Assembly: GCA_030390025.1 (NCBI GenBank)
Contig: CM059437.1
Location: forward strand, 73,160,001-73,224,000
DNA from: Squalus acanthias
Lineage: Eukaryota
Length of the DNA: 64,000 nt
Direction: 5' to 3'
In this document: positions 12,279 through 26,420 of the stretch, one piece after another
Numbering within the stretch: position 1 is the first letter of the stretch
Layout of the letters: the number at the start of each line of letters is the position of its first letter
The notes under the pieces: generated by a model
What the model was told of the DNA's origin: nothing
Databases searched by the model: none
Seen by the model: the letters and a program-made list of their open reading frames with translations, nothing else
Translations under genes and position numbers: made by a program

Positions 12279-12339
12279 GAAAGTGGAAGACCTTCAGTTC
12301 CGTGTAGAGGAAGAGTCCATTACCAAAGGTGATTTAGAG
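12279..12339 (+). CDS. CLIP1: CLIP1 exon (61 nt, phase 2-0)
   Basis: caatag|GAAAGTG...TTAGAG|gtaaac; KVEDLQFRVEEESITKGDLE. Confidence 0.96.
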
Positions 12340-13074
12340 GTAAACAACCTACTGATTTGCAGATATCCTGAACGAAAGACCATAACACTGTGGTTCAGAA
12401 GCTGATGGGAATACCTATCACGTGTATAAAAAAAAAACCTGTTAGCTGATGGTGCTTAAATAACCAGAGAACAGTGACACTGAACAATTTTACCAACACC
12501 TGTTGGTAGAAAAGGGATGAGAGGTTGTGAACAGTTTACACTAGTAGCTGATAATTGCTGATTAACAGAGAATTGGGGCTTAAATATCTCAACTTTTCAA
12601 ATTAATTGCCATTGGGTTATTCGGCATGGCGCTTGTGGCTAAGTGGCTGCAGTGGTGGCAGAAAATTGTTGATTAATTAACAGTTTATAACCTTATGCCC
12701 TCATCAAAAAGTGCCATTTTACGTGATTAACTTTTTGGTGAAACAAGTGTTCCATTGAGGACAAGGGTTTATTCTGTGTGTGTTTAACAAGTTCTATTGC
12801 TGCTTTATAATAATTTCTTTACATTCAACTTGGATATTCCAATATTTGGGAATCCCATAAATATGTGAACTATACTTATAAAACTGGCAGCCTTTGGTCC
12901 TTTGAATCAGAATTAATTTACTTTAACAAAATTCTTTTAGGGTTTCCTTGGTGTGTTTACAGACTTGCTTTCCAATCTTACTAGTGCTGGTTTATGGCAG
13001 AATATATAGAGTTCTTAATTTTCTTTTAAATCTCTGGAAATGTTCAGTTTAAAAAAAAAAAAAAATAAAAAAAT

Positions 13075-13520
13075 TAAATCAAAGACAGGAGGAAGGAAAT
13101 AGGTATAGCTTTGGGAAATATTTTTGGGATCATTATAAACACTGCAAGAAGAGTTGAGTGTAGCAAATGATATTCAAAAAGGGATTGAGATATGAACTGT
13201 AGACCAATTAGTTTGACATCTGTAGTAAGGAAAATGCTTGAGCATATATAGGAGCCATCATTTAAAAGCACAGAATCGATCAGGAATCGGCTGCAAAGAT
13301 TTGGAAGCAGTCAGTCTTACCTCCTTAATCTGCTTGAATTCTTTGAGATAACCGCTAACTGATAAGAGCTATCCACTGTATCTGGAGTACTTGGATTTTG
13401 AGGCATTTCATAAAGTTTCTTGCTCTCAGAATGGGTAGAGTCTATAATAAGGTAGATTGTTTATGGTGTGTGGAAGGAGAAGGCTTGGTGGGTCAAATGG
13501 CCTTTACTCATTTCCATTTT
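13075..13520 (+). mobile_element. Highly decayed CR1 LINE fragment
   Basis: aactgtagaccaattagtttgacatctgtagtaaggaaaatgcttga (NxRPISLTSVVxKMLE RT remnant); tail ggtcaaatggccttt. Confidence 0.6.
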
Positions 13521-15999
13521 TATATCTGATTTAAAATAAAATGAAAGTTCAGTGTTACAAAAAGAGCTGTCCAAAGTTTGAACCATCATTTTGCTAGTTG
13601 TATATGCATTTTAAACTATTTTTCAATTTAATTTAAAACAACATAATTAGTAGTTGGGTATAAAAACAGATCAGAGAAAACACTACGTTACACATCAGAC
13701 ACTTGAGCTGACAGAACTGGATAGAATCAATGCAAGGATTTTTACTTCTGTACTCGCCAACCTGTGATCTTCTGTCCATTCATTTTCTTGCCTTGATAGG
13801 TTTGTCAATTTTTGAATGGAAATCAGGAATGATATTTTAAACTGAGAATTTGAGGGAGAATTAATAAGAACTGAAAATGAAAATCCTTAAGCTTATGTTA
13901 GTACGTATTATCTTGCAGTGCCTAATCTTTCACTAATTATTTAAACTTGAAAAGGGACATAATTGTAAGATAAAGCTGGGAATTATTTGGTATCAGTTCC
14001 CACTTTGCTGAAAATGTAATACTGTTAGCTGTGGAACCCAAATTAATGTTGCCAAGCACGTACATTTAAGGACAGGTATCTAAACCATCTTAAATCTTTC
14101 CTGTACAGATTTTACACTTGTAATATTTTGTGTAACTGCATGGACAGTACTGCATAATTTTGGGAGTTGGAAGTCACATTTGTACAGAAATAATAATAAT
14201 GCTTAGATTTAGCAGCAAAATATAACGTTATTTCAGTTGTCCCATCTGTTCTGAAATGACACTTAAACTGCTGAAAAATCTTTGAATTATATCATTTCCA
14301 TGCTCCCAATAAACTTTAAATATTTTTGGACTTGAAATATTGTTGAAATAAGAAACACTTGTATATTTCTAAAGCCTTTTGGTATGTGATTTATGCCATA
14401 TCCCTTATGAGATCTTCCTTGTTTATCAACAGATTAAAAAAAAACTAGCATTCAATGTGATTAATAAAAATTATGTAAATGTTATATTTTTATGCATTCT
14501 AAATTGACCTTCTAAAATATAACAAACATAATCCGCATGGTTATACTGAGTCCCACATTGCAGTGAATTTTCTAGTAGTTTTTGCCAACGTAATTGTTTT
14601 TAAAAAGGAATAAGTATTTGCTGGTATCTGTCCTCAATAATTCTGATGTCTGTGGCCTTTGCAGTAAAGGAAAAGTCTCATACTTTCTTTTCTAATGTAT
14701 TTAGCAGATATTTTTGGTACATAGTGTTTGAATGGCTGTACCTGATATATATTTTTAAAAAACTCTTAACAGAAGCCTTTGCTTCCCAATACTACAAAAT
14801 TTCTCTTGATTTACTGAGATGTTATTATGTCACTTGCCTTAGAAAAGGCAAGGGTAGCTGAAGGATTGTGAGCTATAATTTTAGATTTAAGGCAAAAAAG
14901 TCAGCTGTAAAATACATAATGAGTAGAGGGAAGCAAAGAGGAGTGAAACATGTAATAGAACATAAGAATAGGATAGAATTTAAATACTTCTATGAAGTCT
15001 GCCTTTAACCACCTTCTTTCCAGACTTAAAGGTCAAGCTTATCTAATTTTCTGTCATAACTCACCCTTCTTAAAGCTCTGTAATGAGATAACTAACTTTC
15101 AAAAACTGTATCGTTTTGTTTTTATTGTAATGTTTAAAAAATCAACTTCAGCAAAATAGGAACAGAACATCATGTTACAAGATTATAGCATGGATAAATC
15201 TCAAAAATACAGTTCAGTCCACATTTATTTTCATCGATATGGAATTAGAGTATTTTAAAATCAAAATCAGATGTAAAAATCTTAATTGTAAGGGAGGACT
15301 TGAATATCAGTTTTGAATAACCTATAAATGGAAGTTGTGATTTATACTTCCTGACACACACACTGTTTAGATTCAACAGGAATTCTATTCATTGAAAAGG
15401 ACCCAATTAGTAGGAATATAACATTTAAAACCATTACAAAAAATATAAATTTTGTGTGGAAATATTTTATTGTGTGATGTGCTTAAATATTTTTGTAGAA
15501 TTGAAAAAAAATCTGCGGAACATTTTCTGATTAGTTCTAATAAATTTCATGTGCAAATGAAATAAATTACGTGGAATTTAGTATGAGAGACAGAAATGGG
15601 CAAAATGAGGACTGTAGAAACAAGTTTAAGAAACCTTTTGGACCAAAGCCTGCCAGTTTTATCAGGAAACTTTGGATGTCTTCGAAAGCAGTGTTGATTA
15701 AATGTAGAGCATTGTGATATATGAAGCTTGAATGGTTCTGTATTGATGTGTGGAAACATGAAGGTTGTTTCGGAGCATCAATGTAGAAAGTGATATTGTT
15801 GCCTAAAAATACTGGCCAAAACTAAACTAAGAGAAGTTACAGTTGACAAGTTGTGGGAGAGCACAATTAATGGGTTGCCAATCTATATATAGGGACTCGG
15901 GCAAACCAATGGCTTGATCATTTCAAATTCCAATACAGCACAGTAACTGATTCTTACATTACTACGTTGTATATCATTTGGAAAGGTGTATTTTGTCTC

Positions 16000-16325
16000 C
16001 CCCAATGGCTCCGTGAATTTATCCAGCACGTAGCTGAGCCATACCAACCAGGAGGGCTCCTGGTTCAATCCATGAACTGTAGAGTTGGCTGATCTCAGCT
16101 GGAGTGCAGAGGTGCTACAATTGGCCTTTTGGAAGGGGAGAATTGGCCATTACCCACTCCTGATCTCTGTCCAGTAACCCCTGCTGAAAGTAGGCAAGTG
16201 TGGATGTTGGGTGAAGACCGATGGGATGGTGCTTGGCTGAGACTCACTGTCAAAATTCATGCATGAATAATGGAAACCAAGTGAGGTACTGGAGTTTGCT
16301 CCTGGACCCATACTCCATTAAGGAT
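16000..16325 (+). mobile_element. Old unclassified tRNA-derived SINE-like family, copy 1
   Basis: B-box-like cctggttcaatcc; shares ctcctgatc..tatccagtgacccctgctgga and catgaagaatgg-like blocks with copies near 25540, 26030, 32030 and 42850. Confidence 0.55.
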
Positions 16326-17535
16326 CGAATTATTCCAGGAAAGGAGGAAATAAAATTGGCAAGAAAAGTAACTAAATGAATTAATTAAAAAAAAATACAT
16401 TGAAATGTGGATTGAAACAAAATGGATTGGATGGCATAATAAGTGATTTCTTACCATATTAGTTTTAGCACCAGAGTGCCACATCTTTATCTGGCAGGAT
16501 TGTAGGGACTTTTGTACAGTATTGTGCTGAATTTATAATTTACTTTTTAAGCTATAAAGTTGAAATAGATGATTGCTGTCATCTGAAAGAACTTTAGATT
16601 AATAGAGAGAATGGTATATGGTGTAGAACATGTGAAGACATCCAATGTTTAAAATAGTTTCTAATCAGAGCAATCCAAAACACTACTTTGAAACAAATAC
16701 CAGAACTAACTGCAGTGACTGTTTTCTCAGCATTGACTTACTGATATGCATGTTGCTTTCACAGCTGCACAGAATGAAATGCAATATTTGTAATGATGAG
16801 TGATTATGCTGTAAACCCCTAGTCAATTATAGGCTTATTATTACCAGTTTTGCTGTCATTGTTATGACTGCCCACATGTTACATTGTTTAAAAACTACAT
16901 AACTACCCTAGCATCACTTCATGAGGGCTTTCCTTACTTATTTTAAAAAGACACCTAGATATTTACTTAAGTTTTGTAGGCAACAAAGGAAAATTATACA
17001 TTGATGGGCTATTTCTCCTTCAGTTTGAGTTTTATACAAACACTTGGGTTTTGATTCATCTATTCATGGGGAAACTTTAAAACTGCTCCATGCCTCTCAT
17101 AAGACCCATGTGCATGATTGGTGCTGGCTCCTCTACTCTGATCAGTGGTCAACAGTTTGTTTTCTTGGTTTCTGAGTCTGCCACTCCACTCTGTTATATA
17201 TTGGAAGTTTGGCAGGTGGGGAGAGACCGAGCAGGAGAGAAAACATTTTTCTTTTTCATCAGGACTGACTTGTCTGCATGCATCATGAGCCTCAGTTCTG
17301 TAGCTACTCACTGGATTTTTTCCCCCCAAGTTGACAAGTATGGTTGGAGAGAAGTCATCCTAGCTCTCGCAAAAGAAAATCACTAGATAGATTGAAAAGG
17401 GAATCCACTATCCTTTTATTTGCTCCAGCCATGAAGATGTTGCCAGCAGAGATTTTAATTCACTTTCTGTGAATTTTCATTCCACTACTTCTGGGATTTG
17501 GTATATGACATTGAGTCCAGAGGAATTTATATAAC

Positions 17536-18342
17536 TTTTTATTTGTTCCTGGGATATGGGTGTCGCTGGCAAGGCTAGCATTTATTGCCCATCCCTAATT
17601 GCCCTTGAGAAGGTGGTGATGAGCTGCCGCCTTGAACCGCTGCAGTCCGTGTGGTGAAGATACTCCCACAGTGCTGTTAGGGAGGGAGTTCCAGGATTTT
17701 GACCCAGCAACGATGAAGGAACAGCGATTATATTTCCAAGTCAGGATGGTGTGGAACTTGGAGTGGAACTTGGAGGTGGTGGTGTTTCCATGCGCCTGCT
17801 GCCCTTGTCCTTCTAGGTGGTAGAGGTCACGGGTTTGGAAGGTGCTGCCGAAGAAGCCTTGGCGAGTTGCTGCAGTGCATCTTGTAGATGGTGTACACTG
17901 CATCCACGGTGCGCCGGTGGTGCAGGGAGTGAATGTTTAAGGTGTCTCCTTAATCAAGCGGGCTGTTTTGTCCTGGATGGTGTCAAGCTTCTTGAGTGTT
18001 GTTGGAGCTGCACTCATCCAGGCAAGTGGAGAGTATTTCATCACACTCCTGACTTATGCCTTGCAAATGGTGGAAAGGCTTTGGGGAGTCAGGAGGTGAG
18101 ACATTCGCCGCAGAATGCCAAGCCTCTGACCTGCTCTAGCTGCCACAGTATTTATGTGGTTGGTCCAGTTAAGTTTCTGGTCAATGGTGCCCCCCAGGAT
18201 GTTGATGGTGGGAGATTCGGCGATGGTAATACTGTTGAATGTCATGGGGCAGTCGTTAAACTCTCGCTTGTTGGAGATAGTCATTGCCTGGCACTTGTGT
18301 GGCGTGAATGTTACTTGCCACTTATCAGCCCAAGCCTGAATG
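17536..18342 (-). mobile_element. CR1/L2-group LINE 3' fragment
   Basis: ORFs 18054..18284 and 17595..17903 match the 292-aa ORF at 63111..63989, with frameshifts. Confidence 0.9.
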
Positions 18343-18759
18343 TCTTTGATTTTCTTTATCTTGTATCCCTGATTTGCAGCAGTGTATAGGAATTATTGCA
18401 AGAGACCAGCTTGGAAGTACCTTTTGATGGCTGAACCAAATAGTTTCTCCTTTTATGCCAAAAGGGTTTTGTGTTCATCAGTGTTGATGGCCTGCTTTGT
18501 TTATTTAGCAAGGCTGCCAGGTTCTTCTTCAGTGCTGCTGTTCATGTGGTGCCTTGTGCTTTCATGGAGTACTAAGACTCATTGTTCTTGCTGACCCCAG
18601 CTTTTCCAGCTGGTGACCTTTCTTATAATTTGGGTTTAATTCAGTTACTTTTTTCCTGTGCCCAATGCAAAAGTTTGTTTACGTAGGCAAACCTTCATTC
18701 TTTGAACTGAAATGTGACTTTTTGCCTGAGGTAATCTGGGACATCGGACCACAGTGTAA

Positions 18760-19168
18760 ACATAGGAACAGGAGTAGGCCATTCAGCCCCTCAAGCCTGT
18801 TCTGCCATTCAATCAGATCATGGCTGATCTGCGACCTAACTCCATATACCCGCCTTTGCCCCATATCCCTTAACAAAAGTGTGTGTGTGTGTCCTAATGT
18901 CACTCCTGAAAAGGCCTGGCTCTAATTTTTACACTATGCCCCCTAGTTCTACACTCCCCAACCAGCAGAAATACTTTCTTTCTATTTACCCTATCTGTTC
19001 CCCTTAATATCCTAAAAACTTCCATCACATCACCCTTAACCTTCTAAATTCCAGGGAATACAACCCTAGTTTGTGTAATCTCTCCTCGTAATTTAACCCT
19101 TGGAGTCCAGGTATCATTCTGGTAAATCTATGCTGCACATCCTTCCTAAGGTGTGATGCCCAGAACAG
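18760..19168 (-). mobile_element. CR1 LINE 3' fragment with internal deletions
   Basis: QHRFTRMIPGLQGLNYEERLHKLGLYSLEFRRLR; CR1 tail at 18760-18870. Confidence 0.85.
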
Positions 19169-21948
19169 TGAGCCCTTAAACCAATGAGATCTGCATTGGA
19201 AATAATACTGTTCCCACCGCACACCAACCGATAGTGAACACCATGCTGACGGGTGAATCAAATTTATTAAGCTGGAGCAACTACCAGCAGATTTAGCTAG
19301 ATTATAATACTTTATTTAACTTACAGTATCCATTTCAAAATAAAGGTTCTGAATCCTTTAGTTCTCTGCAGTATTTTAAACAGCTTGGAGCATGCATTCT
19401 TGATTAAAAGCTTTTAAGTGAGAAATGAAACCCATGAGGCATCTGCTAGACTTTGCCCTTACAGCGAAAAGCGAATTGAAAACAAGTCCTGTGGGTTATA
19501 TCCTTCTCTTTCCATATAAATCCAAGTTATTTTTTGCTCTTTTTAATGTTAAGATCATCAAAAGGTATCCTTAATTACTCAAAGCAGTAAATCAACAAAC
19601 ATAGGGCTCAAAGGCACAAAGACTGCCTGACTTGTTTCCTGATTCACATTTTTTTAATAGAACATTGCAACACTGTCACACTAGGTGAGAGTTTCCCCCT
19701 CCAACCAAACTTGGTGGAATGACAATACTGATAATAGATTGTCTGCAGTACTTCTAAGCAATTCACATAAACAGAGGTCAAACAACTCCCTTTAAAACAG
19801 CACTTGTATACTCACCAGGGTTGTGGATTTGTTCATCCCCCTCACTCCCCCATGCAATTCAATGTCAAATTCAGACTCCTTATTTGCATACCAAGCTACA
19901 GAGACCAATAGCTTCCCTTAAGAAATTGCTCGGAATCCATTTTGAATTTGTTAAAATTATTTAAATTATATAATGTGGAGAGTCTTATAATTTGAAATTG
20001 GACAGATCTTTGATCTGTTACAGACTTGTCAGTCAGTGTTATGGTTTGTACTAAGACCATGCCTCATTGCAAAGAATATAAATCACAGCGAGTCTCAAGG
20101 CCTTCCCTCCAGTGATTTTTGACTTGCTTGTTCTCAAAACCTATCTGATGCAGATGCTTATGGCTCTGGTTGTAATTCGCGTAGTTCCAGTGGCCAACTC
20201 TAATGTTGAGTATCTGATTCTAGTGTGTGAATAGTGCTTTGGATTCCTGTTCAAATCCAGTATGACTCTTCTGAAAAGCTTCAATATTATCCAACAAGTC
20301 AATTGTCTTTATAAAGTTCCCATGGAAGGCCATCAAGAAAACCTCACCAAACTAAAGGTTAAACCCTTTATTAGCACCTTGGAACTGACCAGGAAAAGTT
20401 GTAGCAGTTCATTTGTGTCAATATTGTGCTGCCAACAGAGTATTTAGGAGATTAAATTCTCTTGGAAAATACATTTGTTTCAGGAATTTAGCAGATTATT
20501 CTGAACTATTAAATCATCATTATGAAATACTCGTACCTCATGCAGAGTATGTGCATAAAATAAGTTGAGCAAAGAAGTAGCTGCCCAATTTTGCATAAAG
20601 GGACAATTAGTTTCCAGTATAATCTGATGGATACAGAGTTATACGCCATAGCCAATTTTGAGGCGAATAGAAATCCTGCTAAGGGAGTAAAGCATCATGG
20701 ATACAGAACAAGTTGCTTGATGTACTCTGTGAAGCAGGGTACATTTTTAGTTTTCACTTCCTTTCTTTGAGGCTGAAAGAGCCATCACATCTATTTGTCG
20801 CTTTGAAGATGTGGGCACTTGCTGTTTCTGTTACTATTGTATCATCCCCTCTCTTGTGGAATGGTACTCTAACTTATAGTCAAACCATTATTTCCTGGCT
20901 CAAATTTCAAGTGTGGGTATCAGCAGAACACTAGTTGTCCAGAAGGTCCTTGGATGGTCCAAGCAAGCCCTTCTGACTTAAAAGGTTCAGCTAGCTGCTC
21001 TAGCACTCACTTGTATCCTTTCCAAGAGCTGCCCTTGTATATGTTGTTGAAGTATCATTACCTTATTAGAAAGAATGGTTTGAAGAAAGCGATTGTATCT
21101 GCTGTTCTCGCAGCTCAGAGTGTTTTCTCATCTTTGTATTGTTGGTGTCCTTTGAACTCTGAAGTGTGTGTGAAACCTGAGCTGTTAAAAGAAAGATTTT
21201 ATAAATTGAAGTTCTTCAAGATCTTCCAGACACAACCACATGCACGATCCTCCCCCACCTCATTGCTCATTATTCAAAAAGTCTAATATGACTTCATATA
21301 GATCTCACAAGGAGGCATGTGACTAGTTAAAATTTTTCAATTATATGCATGAATGACCAACTCCAAACCCAAGTGCATTTAAGACCCTTCTTTGTGCAAC
21401 CAGAAAAAAAAGAGAAATATGCTTTGAATTATATTGTAAATTAGATCATCATGAAATTACTTGCAAATTGATTAATTGGTATAAAAAGTATCAAGGAAAA
21501 CAGTATAAAGGATTTCTTGCTTTGATCTACTATTAAGATGTTTTGCCTTTAGCTGTAATTGCAAATCATGTTTCTGTTTAGTTAAACCAATTCTGTTTCA
21601 AACACACAAAAGCAACAAAGGGGGTTTACAGTATTAAACTAAAATTTAAGTATTAACTGTTCTGATTTGAACTATGCTGATATTAAAACTGTACACTTAC
21701 TGCATGAAACTTTTGAATCTGCCTTTTTTAAACTGTATTTCCCTTTAATTGTTCCCCATTTATCCTTTCCTGTGCATACCTTTGATACCATTTTCCATTA
21801 AACATTTCTGTTTTCTTCCATCCTGTTTCTGTGTCCAATTTACCCTTTGCTTTCCTAACTGTTATAAAAGGCAGAAGGTGCTGGTGGATAAGCCTGCATG
21901 TGGCTCCCTCCTGTCGTGCTGGCATGTGATGGTGGCACTGGTGTGTTC

Positions 21949-22096
21949 NNNNNNNNNNNNNNNNNNNNNNNNNNNNNNNNNNNNNNNNNNNNNNNNNNNN
22001 NNNNNNNNNNNNNNNNNNNNNNNNNNNNNNNNNNNNNNNNNNNNNNNNNNNNNNNNNNNNNNNNNNNNNNNNNNNNNNNNNNNNNNNNNNNNNNNN
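21949..22096. other. Assembly gap (148 N)
   Basis: Run of N. Confidence 1.
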
Positions 22097-23003
22097 TCAA
22101 TGAACTCCATTCAGTTTATCAGCATGTACCCAAAACTGGTTATTAGTCGCTAAGATTAACTTTATTGTAGTAATGGTTGACCCCTAGGAAAAAAAGTCTA
22201 CCAATGCACTAAGGAAAATTGAATTTTTTTAGTAGCTTCAGGTTTATTTTAGAATGAGATTTTGGCATTATCTCATTCCAAAGTGTTGAATAACCAAACA
22301 ATTAATTTTTAAAGAAATCTTTGCATTTCTGGTATTTTATTAGTTTAGGCCTCCTTACTCCGTGCACCCTGCCTTGACTGAGTGGGCAAGCAGGCAGTCT
22401 GCTCGCAGACTTCTTCTAATGGTGCTGTATAACCAGTTGATGGGAGCTGTGTGAGATGCCCAGGCTAACTTGTCCTTCAGTTTTCCCCACACTGGCTCAG
22501 GAAAGCACCTCCACATAGCATCATTCTGAAGATCTAGCTGTTGTGGGCACTAGTGGTGTAAACCCACATTCTACCACTGTGTGGTGCAGTGTGTTAGTGT
22601 ACCAGTGTGCTGTGCCACTAGGTCACCTACATGGTTGATTGTGTCCAGAAAATATTAAATGTGTGTTTTTGATTAAATTAAAAATAAAATGTATTTTAAA
22701 GACAAAGGTATTTATACAGGTAAATACTTTTGGTGCAAGTATGTATCTCTTCATATGCTCCATTCTTTTAGAAGTACCAGCTTTATTTTCAGAGAAATCT
22801 TCTTTCCCCATTAGTCCTAGAGGAAATCTATTTCACCGAAGATATGATCCAGTTACAACAGTTGCGGGATCATGGAGTGCACATTCTACCTTGCATTGAC
22901 GAGCATGGTTGCTCTGTTTTTAGATCAGATTGATCTGGAGAGGCATCATTACACCCGAGGTTTTTTTTTGATGAGCTGCTTTTTTCTCCTTAGTTATTTT
23001 CTC

Positions 23004-23862
23004 ACCATTTTCATTGGTCTCCCCATGCCATGCACAAACTGCAGCAGAAAGAGCTGGGTGACCAAATTCCAATCCTTCTGCAGTTCCCACCACAAACTCC
23101 ATTCCTTAGCCACCAATTCCAACCCCATCACTGGCCATTGTCTCGGGCTGAACCAGATTGTTCGCAAGCTCGGCATCCTACTCGGCCCTGAGCTAAGTTT
23201 CTAACCCCATATCCTCTCCATTACCAAGACCACCTACTTCCACCTCCATAATATTGACCATCTCTGCCCCTGCCTCAACCTATCTGCTGCTGAAACCCTC
23301 ATCCATACTTTTGGTATCACCAGACTCAATGTTCTCCTGGCCGGCCTTCCATCCGCCACAAACTTAAGCTCATCCAAAACTCTGCCCGTATCCTAACTCA
23401 CACCAAGTCCCATTTACCCATCACCCCTGTGCTCATTGATCTACATTTGCTCCCAGTCCACCAATGCCTCGAATATGGAATTTTCAACCTTGTGGTCAGA
23501 TCCCTCCGTGACCTCACCGCTCCCTATCTCTGTAACCTCCTTCAGCCCTACAATACTTAGAGAACTCCGCGTTCCTCCAACTCTGGCCACTTGTGCATTG
23601 CCCACTTCCTTCACCCCAGCATTGGTGGCAATGCCTTCAGCCATCTAGGCCCTAAGCTCTGGCATTCTCTCTCTGAATCTCTACGCCTCCCTCTCCTTCT
23701 TTAAGACACTCCTTAAAACCTACCTCTTTGACCAAGCTTTTGGTCACCTGTCTTAATGTCTCCTCCTTTGGCTCTGTCAATTTTTGTCTAATTGCACTCC
23801 TATGAAGTGCCTTGGGATGTTTTACTACGTTAAAGACGCTACATAAATGCAAGTTGTTGTTG
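23004..23862 (+). mobile_element. L2-type LINE 3' fragment
   Basis: Decayed ORF2 C-terminus similar to 51033-51622; tail gctacataaatgcaagttgttgttg. Confidence 0.85.
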
Positions 23863-25539
23863 CTTTGAACTGGCCATTAGGAGTAACCAACTGATGATTG
23901 TTCCTTCTGTTTACATTTCTTTGCTCACATGGAAATACCTGGTCTTTGCTTTATGTTATTGCACAGCAACATGGCCGAGGGCAGGAACCCACAAGCTGCA
24001 ATGAACCACTCTGTTTTGCCACTTAAATAGATGTCATCATGGGTCCGTAGAAGAGCTTTCCAATATTAATTTCTCTGAAAGTAAAGAAAAAGCATGAAAT
24101 GTACATACACCTACAGTTAGTCATACTTTTTCAAAGAAAATCTAGGAAATGGCTGTGCAGTTAGTCTTCTGTATACTGTGGTTGACAATCAATCCATTTC
24201 TCAAATTCCTGTTTGGCATCATCAGTGCACCATGTAGCCAAAGTTTTAAGAAATATTTATGCAAAGATCAATAAGAATGTTTAATTGCTTTAAAAATCTA
24301 TGCAATGCTTGGCATTTTGAGCTCATGCTTGATAATGACAATGTGGACTTGTTCACAGTGCAGTAGTGCAATACACTAACATTGTAAATGCGATTTCATA
24401 AATATTTTGGCGTTACATGACAAATAGAAAATAAACTGAAGTGTTTTACTTGTCTTTGAAGTGGCATTCACTGTTAATAGTGAGTTTGCATAATTAATAT
24501 TTAAAAATAGTTAACTCCAGTTTCTCTTTAATCTCTAATTTTAATTTTATTAAAGCTGCATAGTTGCCATGGATTCTGTTCAAGATGGAAACTCCCGATT
24601 GCAATTCAATATATCAAACATTTCATACAAAATGTGACTGATTCTGCCACTTTCTTTTAAATAGTTGTAGATATGGAGTTTAAAGAGAGTGATCTTCAAA
24701 TGCAGGGCTCTTTTGAACATTATAGCATTTAAACTCTTCAGCATTCACCATTGACCAATTAGTGAGGTTTCAGGAAATAGTAATGGGATTATTAGGGACT
24801 TCAGGCTCCAAGCTGCGAAGAGATCCTAAATAAACTTATCTTCACGAGAGAAAAGAGGCTAGAGTGGACATGTCATCCAAATTTTTGAAATGCTGAAAGG
24901 AATGAATAATGTAAATGCAAGCAGATTATTTTAATTTAAACTGTGAATGTAGACTAGAAGAGTATAAAAATAACAAGCCCAAATAAATCTTGAAATTAAA
25001 AGGATTTTCCCCCCAACTGTGTTACATATATTTGAAATAGACTTTCATACAAAGCAGTTAATGTTGTGTCAATTTTAAAAGTTGGTGAGCACCTGATTTG
25101 GAGCCAGCTTGAGGATTATAATAAAGATTATTGTGGAGTTTAGCTTGAATTACCTTTGGTGGGAGGAGACGAAGGGAAAATGTACAGTATTAAGAGAAAT
25201 GGGTTCGGTGGAGCACTTGATAGAGCAGATTGTACCTGGTGTGTGCAAGGAACAGTTTGAATCTACCAAGTAGCTTTTCTTTTTCCGTATTTCCTTATGT
25301 TTGTAACTAAATTGAAAAGATTGTGGTTGACTCGGTCTGTCATTGTCATGAATACAGACACATATCAATTTGTTTATATAGTATTCAGGAGTTTCTATTT
25401 TCTACATGAAACCCTGATGATCCACCTTTAATTACTATGAACCTTTGGTCATAGTGGAAATTTTATTAGATGTAATTTTACACCACAAGCAACGGCAAGG
25501 ACATAATGTATCAACATTTACTTTTATTTTCCCCATCTC

Positions 25540-26420
25540 GTCTGAAAGCACTGATTGTCACTGGGGCGCAGTTCCACTTTGTCCAAGTGACCATTCGTCA
25601 TCCACGCTCCTGGATAGTATCACCAAACTATTATACCATGGAAGGCATCACAGCCAAGCCTGATTCTTTCCTCACTGAATGTCCATATATTTCAGCTTTC
25701 CAGCAGGATTAACTGGACAATGATCAGAGCAGGAACTTCGGCTGATTTTTTTGGTTTTGTTTCATTAGCCAATTTTTGCCTACTCATCGCTGCTGCTAAG
25801 ATCAACTAATTCAGCAAAGACTGGAACAAATTTCTTTTTTTTATTAGTCGTACATGTTTACAAGAAAAGTTCTTGTCATGTGCTGCAGCAAACAATTCAG
25901 CTATTATATTTCTTTGGACTCTTTATCATACGTACATGGCTTTTGTTTACTATTTGAGGCATGGTTTTTCATGTAACTTGCTCTGTATACAAATGTGAAG
26001 AAATTAAATACACTGTTTTTCTTCTCTAACCCCCCCCTCCTCACCCCCCTTCCTGGGGATGGTGATGCATGCCAGGGTACAAGTCCATGGGCAGTGGCAG
26101 CCCTTTGGTACCCCTGCCTGGGTGGCCATTATTCATATGTGTGTCTAGATAGTGAGTGTCTGCAGCCTATTCAAGGGTAAAGGGTGTCACAGTCAAACCC
26201 AGTCCTGTTAGCACGCCACACTTTCTGGCAGGTTTCACTGCACAGTGATCAAGAGTGGGGGCCCAGGCTGATCTTTCACTCTGTAATCAAGGCATACCAT
26301 GTCGAATTGATGTGCCTTCACCACTACCCCAGCTGATACTATCTAGTATCACGGACAAGGAATTAAGTCCGGGACTTTGGTCCGTATAGCTGAGCATCAT
26401 ACTACATGATTCCTTTCCCA
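25540..26420 (-). mobile_element. Two adjacent decayed copies of the old SINE-like family
   Basis: 25540-25825 and 26030-26420 both carry ccattc(t)tca(t)..., tccagcagg..cactggacagtgatcag(g)ag blocks, the reverse complement of 16000-16325. Confidence 0.5.

Noticed and set aside
19378-19415. LEHA match to the 35-aa alternative exon
   Set aside because: Wrong phase relative to the AG, a stop follows, and the similarity does not extend
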